Source: a virus
Taxonomy: Duplodnaviria; Heunggongvirae; Uroviricota; Caudoviricetes
IMG/VR virus record: IMGVR_UViG_2671181094_000008
Coordinates: 1 to 40,078 of that record
Reading direction: 5' to 3' (one strand)
DNA: 40,078 nt
Below the pieces are notes generated by a model that worked only from the letters and a program-made list of their open reading frames with translations, did not search any database and was not told the origin of the DNA. Both the position numbers and the translations under genes were made by a program. Positions 9,651 through 20,055 of this stretch are shown here, piece by piece; the first letter of the stretch is position 1; the number at the start of each line of letters is the position of its first letter.

Positions 9651-10022
9651 TTAGTTCTCCGTTACGTCCCGACCTTCCCAGCGAACATCAAACACTGCGT
9701 CTTCGCTTTCCACCTCCTGAACGTTAACCGTCCAGAGTGCGCGACCGATAATAGTCTTTCCGTTCGCCAGCTCGGCGATCACGTTGACGTTCGTCTGACC
9801 GTTAAACCCCAGCACGTTAGTCCCGCCACTGTCACGCAGACGGGCTGAAATATACGGGGCAACCGGTTTTTCTTTATAACCATGTACTCCGTCCATGCCT
9901 GTCAGCGTGGTGCGATTGACAGTAGCTGACTGGTATTTAAACGAACCCTCCACCATCACAGTCACCCCATTGACGGTGACATAAGCGGTACCCGCCAGGC
10001 GGTTAGTGGTATCTCCTGCCAT
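9651..10022 (-). CDS. Contractile tail tube protein
   Basis: 123 aa, immediately downstream of the sheath gene. Confidence 0.7.
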   Translation of the reverse strand: MAGDTTNRLAGTAYVTVNGVTVMVEGSFKYQSATVNRTTLTGMDGVHGYKEKPVAPYISARLRDSGGTNVLGFNGQTNVNVIAELANGKTIIGRALWTVNVQEVESEDAVFDVRWEGRDVTEN

Positions 10023-10025
10023 GAT

Positions 10026-11537
10026 TTATGCTCCTGTTGACTCAGCCTGCAGGCGGAACTGATTAAGCAACGCGAAGATGCGCAACTGGTTCATAAGCGT
10101 TCCCGGCCACAGTACGTCAACGCGGTTCGGGTTCGTTTTGTTCTGCTCAACAATAATGTTTCTGGCAAAGGCCTCTTCGTCCTGCGCATAGCCGTTAAAG
10201 ACCAGCGTCTGGTATTCCGCAATCTGATCGGCCCTGATGATGTTAGGTGTCACAATCGCCGCCCCCGGCGCAAAACGCGTGCCGTCCGCGGCCAGCTTCA
10301 TGCGACCAAATTTACTGGTGACTGCAGTGCGGAGATATCGCGTGACAAACATCAGGCTGAACAGCGTTTCCACCTGCAGGTAACTGTCGTCTTCGTCGCC
10401 ATAGCTGTTTTTCTGGTAGGTGGTAATCAGGTTTTCAATCATCACCGTCCCGTCATCACCTACGGTGTAAGTGGAGATGCCGCTGTACAGCAGGTTGTTG
10501 CGCTCTGTCAGCTCAAAGCGATCCGCCAGATCCGGCGCCAGCACGCCATAAACAGGCAGACTTTGTAGCGGGCGTCCGGGGTCGTTACGCAGGCTGGGTG
10601 CGGCGGCCCCAGTCAGTGCCGCCGCCCAGATATAACGCGGTGACGGTGAGCGATACACGCCAAGCAGTGACTCATGCTGGTTATTACGGGTTTCCCCTTT
10701 GGTGCCAAGCTCAGCGTAAGTGCCGTTGGTGGTAGTGAAAGCGTGGCCATAAAGCTGTTTATCCCATGCCCAGCGGCCGGTTGCATCGTTCAGAAATTCT
10801 CTGATGGCATCCAGTGATGCGGTGTCATCATAAGGGTTGATGACAAAATCAAAGGTCTTATCCTGCAGGTTGCCCAGGGCATCAACAAAATCCGGCGCAC
10901 CGGCGCCGCCGGCCATGCCCGTGATGGTCAGCGTCAGTCCTGCGGGCGTCACCTCACCACCCTGAACACCGAGATAATTCAGCCTGATATCAATACCATT
11001 GCCCAGTAACCCGGCATTCTTGGCCGTCAGTGTCAAGGTATCTGTGGCATCGGCTTTTACAGCAGCGGTCACCGGCAGTTCCGTTTTACGGGTAATCGCC
11101 GCGACCAGCGCAGTGGCAATCTGAGCCGGAGTGTCAGTCGCCAGTACGGTCAGTTGTACGCGAACACCAGCAATATAAAGAGAGATAACGCCGGTTTCTG
11201 TCGCCTGTGTGGCAACCTTGATACTGCCTGTTGCCACTGCCATCGAATCCGCATCATCAGCCAGCGGAAGGATCCAGACCTCCGCAGCAGTATCGTTTTT
11301 TTGATACGCCGTCATCATGCCATGTAGCATTGAGCCTTTTCCGGTAAGCTCACCCACCGCATTGGGAGAAGAGACTTTTACCGGGATTTTTTCCTGTGCA
11401 GAGCCCGATGCCAGCATCTGACCAATCAGCAGCGTTCGCTGTGTAGCGGTCGCCGTGTTGGCCATGGAGTTATCAAACTCCACATAAAAAAGCGGCACAC
11501 GTAAATTGCCGGGAACTCGCGAAAATGGAACGGTCAT
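10026..11537 (-). CDS. Contractile tail sheath protein
   Basis: 503 aa, in the canonical sheath-tube-chaperone-tape measure order. Confidence 0.8.
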   Translation of the reverse strand: MTVPFSRVPGNLRVPLFYVEFDNSMANTATATQRTLLIGQMLASGSAQEKIPVKVSSPNAVGELTGKGSMLHGMMTAYQKNDTAAEVWILPLADDADSMAVATGSIKVATQATETGVISLYIAGVRVQLTVLATDTPAQIATALVAAITRKTELPVTAAVKADATDTLTLTAKNAGLLGNGIDIRLNYLGVQGGEVTPAGLTLTITGMAGGAGAPDFVDALGNLQDKTFDFVINPYDDTASLDAIREFLNDATGRWAWDKQLYGHAFTTTNGTYAELGTKGETRNNQHESLLGVYRSPSPRYIWAAALTGAAAPSLRNDPGRPLQSLPVYGVLAPDLADRFELTERNNLLYSGISTYTVGDDGTVMIENLITTYQKNSYGDEDDSYLQVETLFSLMFVTRYLRTAVTSKFGRMKLAADGTRFAPGAAIVTPNIIRADQIAEYQTLVFNGYAQDEEAFARNIIVEQNKTNPNRVDVLWPGTLMNQLRIFALLNQFRLQAESTGA

Positions 11538-11719
11538 TTAGTTACGCCCTCTTTTTTTACGGCGTTTTTAACGCCCTTTTCCGGTACCAGGCTGACGTCA
11601 CCATCCTTCAGGCGGCGGTGCCAGAACGTATTATCAGGTACCTCCGCGCCATCTTTGGGCAAAGGCTCCCCCCTGACAGGGCAGCGAACGCTGAGCCCGT
11701 CCTTCGGTTTTACAAACAT
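11534..11719 (-). CDS. Small phage protein (DUF2635-like) preceding the sheath gene
   Basis: 61-aa ORF whose stop overlaps the sheath start; a small gene is commonly found here in Mu-like tail clusters. Confidence 0.4.
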   Translation of the reverse strand: MFVKPKDGLSVRCPVRGEPLPKDGAEVPDNTFWHRRLKDGDVSLVPEKGVKNAVKKEGVTK

Positions 11720-11721
11720 GA

Positions 11722-12267
11722 TTACTCCTGAAGGTCTATTTTTACGCCCGGCTGCGGCGTACCGTCCGGCATGTTAATGGTGATGTCGATCCCCGCCAGC
11801 GGTACCGTATCGACCGGATAAAAGTCTTCCGGTCCCTGATAGTGCTCAATATCAATTTCGATAAGCAGCTGGCCCATATGCGCTTCGCCATCCGCATCAA
11901 CATCAATCGTCGAGCGAACCTCCGCATATTTCTGGATGTTCCGGGTCAACTCGTAGCTGTTAATCACCGCCCTTTCTACCTGTTCCCGGAGCTCCTCCAG
12001 TGCAACCTCCGCGCGCATGGCGCCATCATCAGTGGTTTCACTGTCATACTCCTGAACCCGGCCGGTAATACGAACGGTGGTCAGAGAGGTGAAGGCCGGG
12101 GTATTTCGCCCCTGCGCCTTTTTGTGATCAAATGGCGTCTGAACAAGCAATGCAGGGTACAAGTCCGGCGAAGTTGCCCAGTCACGCGGGGAATACACAC
12201 GATCGCTGGCGGCGGTTTTATCTTTCAGCGCGGCCACGACCATTTGTCGTATTGCGGAAGCATTCAT
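11722..12267 (-). CDS. Tail completion / virion morphogenesis protein
   Basis: 181 aa, between head-completion genes and the sheath; overlaps the upstream gene. Confidence 0.45.
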   Translation of the reverse strand: MNASAIRQMVVAALKDKTAASDRVYSPRDWATSPDLYPALLVQTPFDHKKAQGRNTPAFTSLTTVRITGRVQEYDSETTDDGAMRAEVALEELREQVERAVINSYELTRNIQKYAEVRSTIDVDADGEAHMGQLLIEIDIEHYQGPEDFYPVDTVPLAGIDITINMPDGTPQPGVKIDLQE

Positions 12268-12623
12268 CGGGTTTTCGCCACATTGAGAACGAGACGCGAG
12301 CCGCCATGGCTGTCCGGTTCGACGTTGGACACAACAAATAACTGATTGATGACCTGACCCCCGACCGTTTTAATAAACACACGGTCAGATACGGCAGGCT
12401 GCGGTTTACCCAATTGACGAAATTCAGCATCACGCACACCCAGCATCGGGCTGGAGGTGTTAATTTCTGATTCACCATCAAGATTTTCTGCAATCTGCGC
12501 ATAGCCACGGTCAAAAATACCGTTAATCGTAAAAGGAGTACCGTTGCGGGGACGGTACTCATGCTCATCGCCAAACACGCCATGGAGCGGACTCAGAAGA
12601 TGTAAATCCCAGTCCACGCCCAT
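12264..12623 (-). CDS. Head-tail connector / head completion protein
   Basis: 119 aa, positioned at the head-to-tail module junction. Confidence 0.4.
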   Translation of the reverse strand: MGVDWDLHLLSPLHGVFGDEHEYRPRNGTPFTINGIFDRGYAQIAENLDGESEINTSSPMLGVRDAEFRQLGKPQPAVSDRVFIKTVGGQVINQLFVVSNVEPDSHGGSRLVLNVAKTR

Positions 12624-12627
12624 CTGC

Positions 12628-13008
12628 TTACTCCGTTGTGATTTTCACACCACGCACAGCAGATAATGCACGCTGTCGCAGAGCATGGACATCGGCAATT
12701 ACACCTGCTGCCAGCAGACGCTCGGCATCCTTACCGGAGACCGGAATAAGGGAGTTTTCCCGATAGACCTCACCGTCATGGCGGATGCAATTCCCTTTCA
12801 GCACCACAAACTCAGGCTCCGGGGCATCTTCCTGGTCATCTTCTTCAGCGGTATCCTCATCATCTGATGGTTCGCCGTGTTTATCGTCATGCTGTTGGGT
12901 CTCATGAACGCTGCCACCAGCATTCAGGTCGTCGATATTCAGGGCGTCTTCGGTGGCGCCTTCCGCATTCAGATCATCGCCCAGTACAGTTTTGGTTGTT
13001 TTAGCCAT
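12628..13008 (-). CDS. Acidic head-associated protein of unknown function
   Basis: Start MAKTTKTV... chosen just after the capsid stop (the ORF track's longer start at 13038 would overlap the capsid gene); D/E-rich centre. Confidence 0.35.
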   Translation of the reverse strand: MAKTTKTVLGDDLNAEGATEDALNIDDLNAGGSVHETQQHDDKHGEPSDDEDTAEEDDQEDAPEPEFVVLKGNCIRHDGEVYRENSLIPVSGKDAERLLAAGVIADVHALRQRALSAVRGVKITTE

Positions 13009-13009
13009 A

Positions 13010-14059
13010 TCAGACCACCGTTGCACAAAGGGATGCATTTACCCGGCTCGGAATAACCAGCGGAGAGGATTGCATCAGGATAAGACGCTGGGCCGGATCT
13101 TCTTTCACCCAGGATTTTGGCGCATAGGCCAGGGGACCGTAGTTAAATGCCGGGTCCAGGATAACGCCAAAAGCGCGGGTACCCATCAGATCAGCGCCAG
13201 ACATAATAACAGCGCCGTCGGGGATCATCGGCTTCTCGACATTATCAAGTGGGTCAATAAACCAGTCGTTATATAACCAGAGGTCAAAGTTACCCCAGCG
13301 TCCTTTATAAATAGCGCCCTTCATCGCCTGTGGGCCAGCGTTAATCTGGTTACCAAACGGGCTCAGCGCCGGGAACGTGATGGCGTTATCTTTGATGGTG
13401 GTGTCCAGTCGGAAAGCACGCCATGACTTGCTTGTGAACACCAGATCCGTCGCGACGGAACCGGATTCTTTCAGGAAAAGCGTCTGCCAGATTTCAATAT
13501 CATCAGAGGGCTGGGTATTAGTGGCACCCGCGGCAACCGTCAGCGGCCACTTATCTGAACCACTCAGAGTGATAGTCAAATCCGGAGAGCGCCCGAAATC
13601 CACTACTTTGGTTTCATAGCCTTCCCCGGCAACCGTGACGGTACCGGACACCAGCGCGCTGGCCGCCATCCACTCAAGACGACGGTTGATCATGTCAATC
13701 TGATCGGTCATCTCAAACTGCAGGTTCAACATTTCGCGTTCTGCGGCGGTATATTCACCGCCAATACGCTCACCAATCTGGCGACGAATCGGTTTACGCA
13801 GATCCGGCGCGCGCTTATCTTTGATATAAGCTGGTTTGAACGTATTGGTCTGGTATTTACGGGACTCGACCAGCTTACCTTCCACCAGCGGGGAGACGAA
13901 TGGCGCCATACGACGCAGGCCGACATCCACGTCAATCGCCACTTCTTCAGTCTCATAAGTCACGACGTTCGGGAAGAAGCGATCAAGCAGCCAGTTCTGA
14001 CTGGTTTTCAGGTTAGGAACGACCTGTACCAGCACACTGGTATCATAAATATTTTCCAT
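13010..14059 (-). CDS. Major capsid protein (lambda gpE family)
   Basis: 349 aa with N-terminus MENIYDTSVLVQVVPNLKTSQNWLLDRFFP typical of the E family; follows a decoration gene. Confidence 0.85.
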   Translation of the reverse strand: MENIYDTSVLVQVVPNLKTSQNWLLDRFFPNVVTYETEEVAIDVDVGLRRMAPFVSPLVEGKLVESRKYQTNTFKPAYIKDKRAPDLRKPIRRQIGERIGGEYTAAEREMLNLQFEMTDQIDMINRRLEWMAASALVSGTVTVAGEGYETKVVDFGRSPDLTITLSGSDKWPLTVAAGATNTQPSDDIEIWQTLFLKESGSVATDLVFTSKSWRAFRLDTTIKDNAITFPALSPFGNQINAGPQAMKGAIYKGRWGNFDLWLYNDWFIDPLDNVEKPMIPDGAVIMSGADLMGTRAFGVILDPAFNYGPLAYAPKSWVKEDPAQRLILMQSSPLVIPSRVNASLCATVV

Positions 14060-14075
14060 ATTCAGTCTCTTGATA

Positions 14076-14096
14076 ATGCCAGCCGCACGCTGGCAT
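14076..14096 (-). other. Perfect 8-bp stem-loop between decoration and capsid genes
   Basis: ATGCCAGC-CGCAC-GCTGGCAT; no U-run follows on the transcribed strand, so more likely an mRNA structure than a terminator. Confidence 0.35.
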
Positions 14097-14157
14097 AAAT
14101 TTTAAATGGGTCAACGCCTGCCGGTTAAAGCATTCGCCAGGAGAAATGAGGGATAAA

Positions 14158-14565
14158 TCAGGAGGTGGTTAAAGGTGCCTGGGCGCTGTCTTTCAGGAAG
14201 ATGGCCAGCGGGCGTAGTGCTGTTTTCAGTTCCGACGCAGTCCAGGAAGTGTCAAAAATAATATGATTCTGGTTGAACTCCCCCATCAGATACAGGCCGC
14301 CGGACTGATCGCCATGAGTGGAAGCGTCAACATCATCAACCAGAATGGCCGCCGGCGTCTCGCTACCATCCGTTGCGGTTTTCACACTGACGGTGTATTT
14401 ACCACTGGCGGTGATCATGCCAAGCACAGTGCCACGCTTATACACACCGCCGGTGATAGTGCCGGTATCCGTGACCAGTTGCAGCGTACCGGCAATTAAC
14501 TGATCCGGCACAAACGCTGAACTCTTCATGCCAGGTGCAAAGGCATTCTGACCAAATTGATCCAT
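14158..14565 (-). CDS. Head decoration protein (lambda gpD family)
   Basis: 135 aa, N-terminus MDQFGQNAFAPG...; lies between scaffold and capsid genes. Confidence 0.8.
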   Translation of the reverse strand: MDQFGQNAFAPGMKSSAFVPDQLIAGTLQLVTDTGTITGGVYKRGTVLGMITASGKYTVSVKTATDGSETPAAILVDDVDASTHGDQSGGLYLMGEFNQNHIIFDTSWTASELKTALRPLAIFLKDSAQAPLTTS

Positions 14566-15152
14566 TATTTCTCTCCTTTAATGGAGTTGTAGAGGCCGGT
14601 CATCTGGTTTACCAGTGCCGATTTACCGCTCTCTTTCTTGCCACTATCCGGATTCAGACGGGCCTGATGGCTGGCCTGCATCCGCTGGTCAAGTGAACGC
14701 TTGCGGGTTGTGGCTGGCTGCGAAACTGGCGCGGTTGAAGCCAGAACATTGATGGCGGCAGCTGAGCTCATGCCGGTATTGAATGCCAGCGACGCGGCCA
14801 GTGAAGGATTCGCCGCAGCGTGCTTACTGCCGAAGATACGGGCACAACGTTTACGCTCGGCGGCGCGGGCATTTTTCACCGCTTTGCTTTCTTTGCGGTC
14901 ATCGTCGCCATCATCTTCGGAATCGTCATCGTCTTCCGCCGCATCCGGGTCGTCACCGTCATCTTCAGCGTCATCATCACGCTCGTCGTCTTCCGCGTCA
15001 TCTTCGCGTTCATCGTCCTCGGCATCATCTTCGCGCTCATCCTCTTCCGCGCGACGGCCTTTCGCTTTTTTGGCCTTTTTGTCTTCTTCCTCTTCGGAAG
15101 CAGTCGCGCCACGGCCAATAAGATGAGCAAAACTAAATGTTTTCTTCGCCAT
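14565..15152 (-). CDS. Putative head scaffolding protein with acidic tandem repeat
   Basis: Start MAKKTF chosen 2 nt after the protease stop; contains the periodic acidic repeat EDDEREDDAEDDEREDDAEDDERDDDAEDDGDD; in the lambda Nu3 position. Confidence 0.5.
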   Translation of the reverse strand: MAKKTFSFAHLIGRGATASEEEEDKKAKKAKGRRAEEDEREDDAEDDEREDDAEDDERDDDAEDDGDDPDAAEDDDDSEDDGDDDRKESKAVKNARAAERKRCARIFGSKHAAANPSLAASLAFNTGMSSAAAINVLASTAPVSQPATTRKRSLDQRMQASHQARLNPDSGKKESGKSALVNQMTGLYNSIKGEK

Positions 15153-15153
15153 T

Positions 15154-16020
15154 TCAGGCTCCTGTTTTTTCAAGTAAGTTTCTGAACGCAGCATCAGGAG
15201 GACACACCTCATCAGCCAGTCCAAGTTCCACACCATCAGCAGCCATAAAACAGGCAGCCTGAGTACTTTTGATAACCTTTGCGCTAATCCCCCGATTTCT
15301 GGCGACGGTATTCACAAACAATTCGCCCATGGTGTTGATGTCCTGCTGAATAGCCGCCAGCGCTTCATCTGACAGTTCTCTCAGCGGTGACCCCTCAGCC
15401 TTACGGGAACCGTAGGTGATGATGGTGACTTTGAGGCCGTCATCTTTTATCCGCTGGGTCCAGTCAAGGTGCATAGTGATCACACCAACTGAACCAACAC
15501 CACCGGTTCGGGGAACAGAAATCCGGTCCGCCGCACTGGCAATCGCATAGGCGGCGGAATAGGCGCTTTCCGTCAGAATGGCATGGATGGGCTTTTTCCC
15601 CCGGGCGCCATAAATGACATCGACCAGATCGAAACATCCGGCGACCTCGCCACCGGGCGAATCAATATCCAGGCAGATCCCCGTAATATCGGGGTCTTCC
15701 ATCGCAGTCAGGAAGGCCTGACGAATGCCGTCATAGCCTGTCATGCCACTGTATGGACGCAGGCTGCCCAGCTTCTGCACCAGGGTCCCACATATCGGGA
15801 TGACAGCGACGCCCAGCACATTGTCATAACCCGGGTCGCTACGGGATTCCCGCCCCCGGTTATCGTCGTATCCATACCAGTCATCATCCATGGCAAGAGA
15901 GGATTCGATTTTACTGATGCCAAACCGGTCCATAACGGATGCCATGATGACTTCAGCTTTACTTGGGTGCAGCGCCAGCGGTGTATTAAAAAGGCGCTGG
16001 GCCAGATGAGGTAGATTCAC
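15154..16020 (-). CDS. Head maturation protease (S49 / ClpP-like, lambda gpC family)
   Basis: 288 aa, between portal and scaffold genes. Confidence 0.75.
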   Translation of the reverse strand: MNLPHLAQRLFNTPLALHPSKAEVIMASVMDRFGISKIESSLAMDDDWYGYDDNRGRESRSDPGYDNVLGVAVIPICGTLVQKLGSLRPYSGMTGYDGIRQAFLTAMEDPDITGICLDIDSPGGEVAGCFDLVDVIYGARGKKPIHAILTESAYSAAYAIASAADRISVPRTGGVGSVGVITMHLDWTQRIKDDGLKVTIITYGSRKAEGSPLRELSDEALAAIQQDINTMGELFVNTVARNRGISAKVIKSTQAACFMAADGVELGLADEVCPPDAAFRNLLEKTGA

Positions 16021-17651
16021 TTTTCCTCCGGATCGGTAATTGTCTGGCTGGCGAACTGGTCCGCCTGCGCCCAGCTCGGTAATGGAAGTCCGCGCTTCAG
16101 GCAGGACTCAATTTCCCGCTGGCGCTGATCAAGTATCTCTTCCCAGTCCTCACCCACGTTTTCACCCACTTCAATTTCGAGAGTGGAAAGGCCCGCATCG
16201 AGGCCGAGGATGGCGCCTTTTTTCTCTGCCACCGGATCAACCCATCCTCGTCCCGGCCCCATCCAGCGCGCACGGGAATACGCTGCCCGGGCCTCAACAA
16301 AATCGGGGGCATTCGACGGAAGAGGCAAATCCTCGTTATCGTGGACCTCTTCAACAAAGGCTGTCAGCACAGGCTGCGCGGTACCCATAGCAAAATCATC
16401 GCGCCGGCGGGTGAGTGTTTTCCATGCCTCCAGCAAGGAGGAACGCGCAGAGCTGTAATTCACATCAGACCAGTCCTGTGTAACCTGCTGCGGAGATAAC
16501 CCCGTGCCGGAAGAGAAATTACGCAGAACTGCAGACTCGAAAACCTCAAAGTTGCTGTACGGACGGGCAGCATTGACCGTTGTTATTTTCTCGCCGGGGT
16601 ACAGGATTGGCATGCGGGCGCCATTCTGCAGCGTTAAACGACGATCATTATGAAATTCAGCCCGGCCGTCCTGATATGCCCCTAACCCTTCCTCGAAGTT
16701 TTCCCCCAGCGCGGACTGGATCATTTCGGGATCGTATGGAGACTCAATATACGCGGCGAAGATAGCATTCAGAATTGCCGCTTCCAGCTCGCTCTGGTCG
16801 TACTTCACCAGCATCTTCAGACGTTGCACCACTGGAGTCAGAATGCCATTACCCCGATGCTGAGCTCCACGCTCATGGTCAAAGTCGTGCACAACGTGCG
16901 GGCGCCCCCAGTCGGTTTCCCGCGGTATCCTCCGCCATGTCATCGTTTTGGCGCCACTCCACCAGTCACCGATATGTGCTTCACGTATGTGATATGCCAC
17001 AGGTGCGCCATCAGCATCTATTTCAACGCCGCCGCGAATATTGGGCATATCAAAATTCTGCTGTGGGTTGCTGAGTCTGTCGGGATCAACAACCTGCACC
17101 GTCGTGGCATAACGCCCCTTACCTGGTCCAAGGCGATCGGTGCGATACTGGAGCACCATCAGGGCGTCGCCATCTATCAGCTTGTGGCGAAAGGCCAGGC
17201 GTAACATTTGTGGAACGGTTAGCTTGCGCTCAACGTCACAATAACGGCCTGTGTCGTATGCCCAGGTTCTCCAGTGGGAAGCGAGTGCTTTTCCGTACTC
17301 TTCCGCCCATACTGCGTCAAAACTTTTATTACCTGTCATCATCCGTAATACACGATAGTCAGGCTTCATGATCGGACGGAAATTGGCGCCGACCGCATTA
17401 TCAAGCAGGCGAGTTATGGCACCATTGGCCCATCCATCATTTCGGACCAGATCGCGCGCACGGGAAACGATACGGTCACGGTAGATATTAATTTCATTAT
17501 CCGGTGACCATAGTGCGGGCTGCCAGTTCGCCAGTTGATCGCTGAAGGAATCCGCGGCGTCATATGGCACCCGGCTACCGCCCGTCAACATGCTGGGTTT
17601 TGGTGCCTGATAAGGTCTCCCGTCAGGACCAAGGATTTGCACTTTATTCAT
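16017..17651 (-). CDS. Portal protein (lambda gpB family)
   Basis: 544 aa, downstream of large terminase and gpW. Confidence 0.8.
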   Translation of the reverse strand: MNKVQILGPDGRPYQAPKPSMLTGGSRVPYDAADSFSDQLANWQPALWSPDNEINIYRDRIVSRARDLVRNDGWANGAITRLLDNAVGANFRPIMKPDYRVLRMMTGNKSFDAVWAEEYGKALASHWRTWAYDTGRYCDVERKLTVPQMLRLAFRHKLIDGDALMVLQYRTDRLGPGKGRYATTVQVVDPDRLSNPQQNFDMPNIRGGVEIDADGAPVAYHIREAHIGDWWSGAKTMTWRRIPRETDWGRPHVVHDFDHERGAQHRGNGILTPVVQRLKMLVKYDQSELEAAILNAIFAAYIESPYDPEMIQSALGENFEEGLGAYQDGRAEFHNDRRLTLQNGARMPILYPGEKITTVNAARPYSNFEVFESAVLRNFSSGTGLSPQQVTQDWSDVNYSSARSSLLEAWKTLTRRRDDFAMGTAQPVLTAFVEEVHDNEDLPLPSNAPDFVEARAAYSRARWMGPGRGWVDPVAEKKGAILGLDAGLSTLEIEVGENVGEDWEEILDQRQREIESCLKRGLPLPSWAQADQFASQTITDPEEK

Positions 17652-17878
17652 CAGAATCTGAACCTCACTGGCTTCCGTGGCCGGGCGACAATTCCCAGTT
17701 GCGCCTGCAGCAACTGAATCAGCGCCAGCAGGTCGGCAAGAGAGCTTTGCTGATAGGAGACAGAGCGCGTCCCATCACCCTGCGTATAGGAGAATGAGAC
17801 GCCACGGCTGCCTGTAGTCAGGTCGATATAAGCCTGCTGCGCTTTCTGCAGAGCGTCTCTGAGCTGCTCATCAGTCAT
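17651..17878 (-). CDS. Head-tail joining protein gpW-like
   Basis: Short protein between terminase and portal genes with lambda W-like character; start MTDEQLRDAL chosen over the longer ORF-track start. Confidence 0.7.
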   Translation of the reverse strand: MTDEQLRDALQKAQQAYIDLTTGSRGVSFSYTQGDGTRSVSYQQSSLADLLALIQLLQAQLGIVARPRKPVRFRF

Positions 17879-17922
17879 CCCACCAGCAAGTAAGCTCGTG
17901 TTTCGATTAAACATGGTTTTCC

Positions 17923-20055
17923 TTATTGCGGCAGGAGTTTAGAAATGTTCTTACGCTTAACGGGAGCCATAGCCTCATCCACGATGGCACCCGGTAATTC
18001 GTAATTGATTTTTTCTTCTGGCTCGGCTGGCGCCGGCAGGAACTTATCGGGATCGGCCTGAAGGTTAGCGGCCCGAACATTGAGTTTTAGTCCCATATGT
18101 TTCAGTCCGCACAGCGCGGCATAGCTGTATACGAGACAGTCGAGCGCTTCGTTCGCCCGGCCGGGAATGGGCTCCCAGACACTGAATCGCTGTCCGGCCA
18201 CCACTTTGTAAACCAGTCGCTCTGCCAGTAGCTGGTTGAAATATCCGAGGTCACGATCATCCGGGAAGTGCATATAACCCACACCTGCAGTACCTAAAGC
18301 CGGCGGTTCAAGATGCAGACGACCACGGACAACATCTTTCGCAGAGTTCACGCCAAGAATAATTGGCCTGAAGCTGGCTTTACTTTTCGACGTCGGTCGC
18401 TTGGTTGGCCAGACGGGGTTACGTTTACCGCCCTGCGCAGACTCCCCCTTGATAGCCCAGATGCGTCGCCCAAGGCGCTCTTTACAGAACTCATAAACCT
18501 TTTGCGTGTGGTGACCACCGGAATCCATACATGCAGCCAGAATATTCAGCCCTCGCCCGTCACCGCGTCGCCATATCTGTTTCAAATACGCATCAAGGCG
18601 CTTCCACGGTTCCTCTGTTTCCAGGTCACCATAAATGACGTCATGCGCAACTGACCACGATTCCTCGTCCCGTCCCCAGCCAGTGATCGTGATTTCGAAT
18701 CGGTCATCCTGGGTATCGACGCCGGCAGTTAACAATGCCACGCCATCAGGAACGACGGCCGGGAAGACTTCACGGCGCGCCAGCAGGACATCAACCGGGA
18801 GCTGTTTCCCGTGGTTAGGTCGGTGCGGCAACCCCATCTGGGTGTTCCACCAGGCCTGTTCCTTATCCGGATCCCCTTTCGCATCGAGGTATTTCTTTGC
18901 AATGTCCGACGGCTTATCTTTCTGCCAGGGACTAAACAGCTTTGACGCCTGGTATCCGGCGTGGTGATTATCCAGCGCCTCAGCCCCACAGTCCGGGCAA
19001 ATCGCCCGGTATACGGCATGCCGTTCCGACTCCGACCATCGCCAGACAGTATCAATACTTCCCTCATCGCCTTCATGCCATTTCTGGTCGTATTCCATTA
19101 ATGGTGAATGGCGGGAACCACAACATTCAAACGGTTTGGTCTGATGCCAGCGGATTGTCTGTAATGCCCGCAGACGCTCACCCTCTGACCAGCCAGCACC
19201 ACAACATTCACAATGGATCATGGCCGATTTGGTCAGGTGCTTATCACCTTCTTTTGGCCATTGAACATGTTTGAAGAAATCAAGGAACTGTCGGTGCCCG
19301 CAATGGGGGCAAACTACAGAGGCCCGCCGCTGATCTGAATCTTCGTAACTGTCAGCAATCCGGCTTTCATCTTCAACCGTCGGCGAACAGGCCCGCACAG
19401 AAAGCCAGTTAAGGCCAAATGTTGCGGTTCGTTCTTCCGCCAGGGCAATGGGATCACCTTCACGTGTAATCGGGTATTTATCCACCTCATCCGCCAACAG
19501 AACACGGATAGGTCGGCGCGCAAGGTTATCTGGACTACCGGCGCCGGCCAGCGCCAGAAATCCGCCAGTGAAAGCTTTATACAGAATGGTTTCTTTTGAA
19601 CTCTTCTGCTTTGAGTCACCTATGATGTTACGCAGAACTGGCGTTACCCTAACCAGCGGGCTGATGCGTTCTTTGGAAAACTGCTCGGCGGCCTCTTCCT
19701 TCGGCTGCAGGAGCAAAATCGGACATGGGTCGAGGTGCGCGAAATAACCAAACAGGTTTTCCAGCAGCGCGGTTTTCATTAACTGGGTACAGCACATCAC
19801 GGTGATAATGTGGACGCCCGATTCCGTCGCGGCCAGCATAGGACCGCGGGCAATTTCAACCGTTGATGTTTCCCAGTTCCCGGAGGTGCTGCCAGCTTCT
19901 TTCGCCAGCTTCCGGTAGTCATCGGCCCATTGAGGGACGCTGATACGTGGTGGTGGTGTCCATCCCTTACGGACACTCAGTTGAAGGCGTTCAATCTTCT
20001 GCTGGGTTAAATTCTGGTTCTCCGAGGACTGAGATATGTTTGTGGACATGTTCAA
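17923..20055 (-). CDS. Terminase large subunit (lambda gpA family)
   Basis: 710 aa, follows the small subunit and precedes gpW and portal. Confidence 0.9.
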   Translation of the reverse strand: MNMSTNISQSSENQNLTQQKIERLQLSVRKGWTPPPRISVPQWADDYRKLAKEAGSTSGNWETSTVEIARGPMLAATESGVHIITVMCCTQLMKTALLENLFGYFAHLDPCPILLLQPKEEAAEQFSKERISPLVRVTPVLRNIIGDSKQKSSKETILYKAFTGGFLALAGAGSPDNLARRPIRVLLADEVDKYPITREGDPIALAEERTATFGLNWLSVRACSPTVEDESRIADSYEDSDQRRASVVCPHCGHRQFLDFFKHVQWPKEGDKHLTKSAMIHCECCGAGWSEGERLRALQTIRWHQTKPFECCGSRHSPLMEYDQKWHEGDEGSIDTVWRWSESERHAVYRAICPDCGAEALDNHHAGYQASKLFSPWQKDKPSDIAKKYLDAKGDPDKEQAWWNTQMGLPHRPNHGKQLPVDVLLARREVFPAVVPDGVALLTAGVDTQDDRFEITITGWGRDEESWSVAHDVIYGDLETEEPWKRLDAYLKQIWRRGDGRGLNILAACMDSGGHHTQKVYEFCKERLGRRIWAIKGESAQGGKRNPVWPTKRPTSKSKASFRPIILGVNSAKDVVRGRLHLEPPALGTAGVGYMHFPDDRDLGYFNQLLAERLVYKVVAGQRFSVWEPIPGRANEALDCLVYSYAALCGLKHMGLKLNVRAANLQADPDKFLPAPAEPEEKINYELPGAIVDEAMAPVKRKNISKLLPQ

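Noticed and set aside
14701-15185. Several plus-strand ORFs (Ser-rich, His/Arg-rich, Phe/Ile-rich) across the scaffold gene
   Set aside because: Frame artefacts of the acidic tandem repeat read in other frames on the opposite strand.
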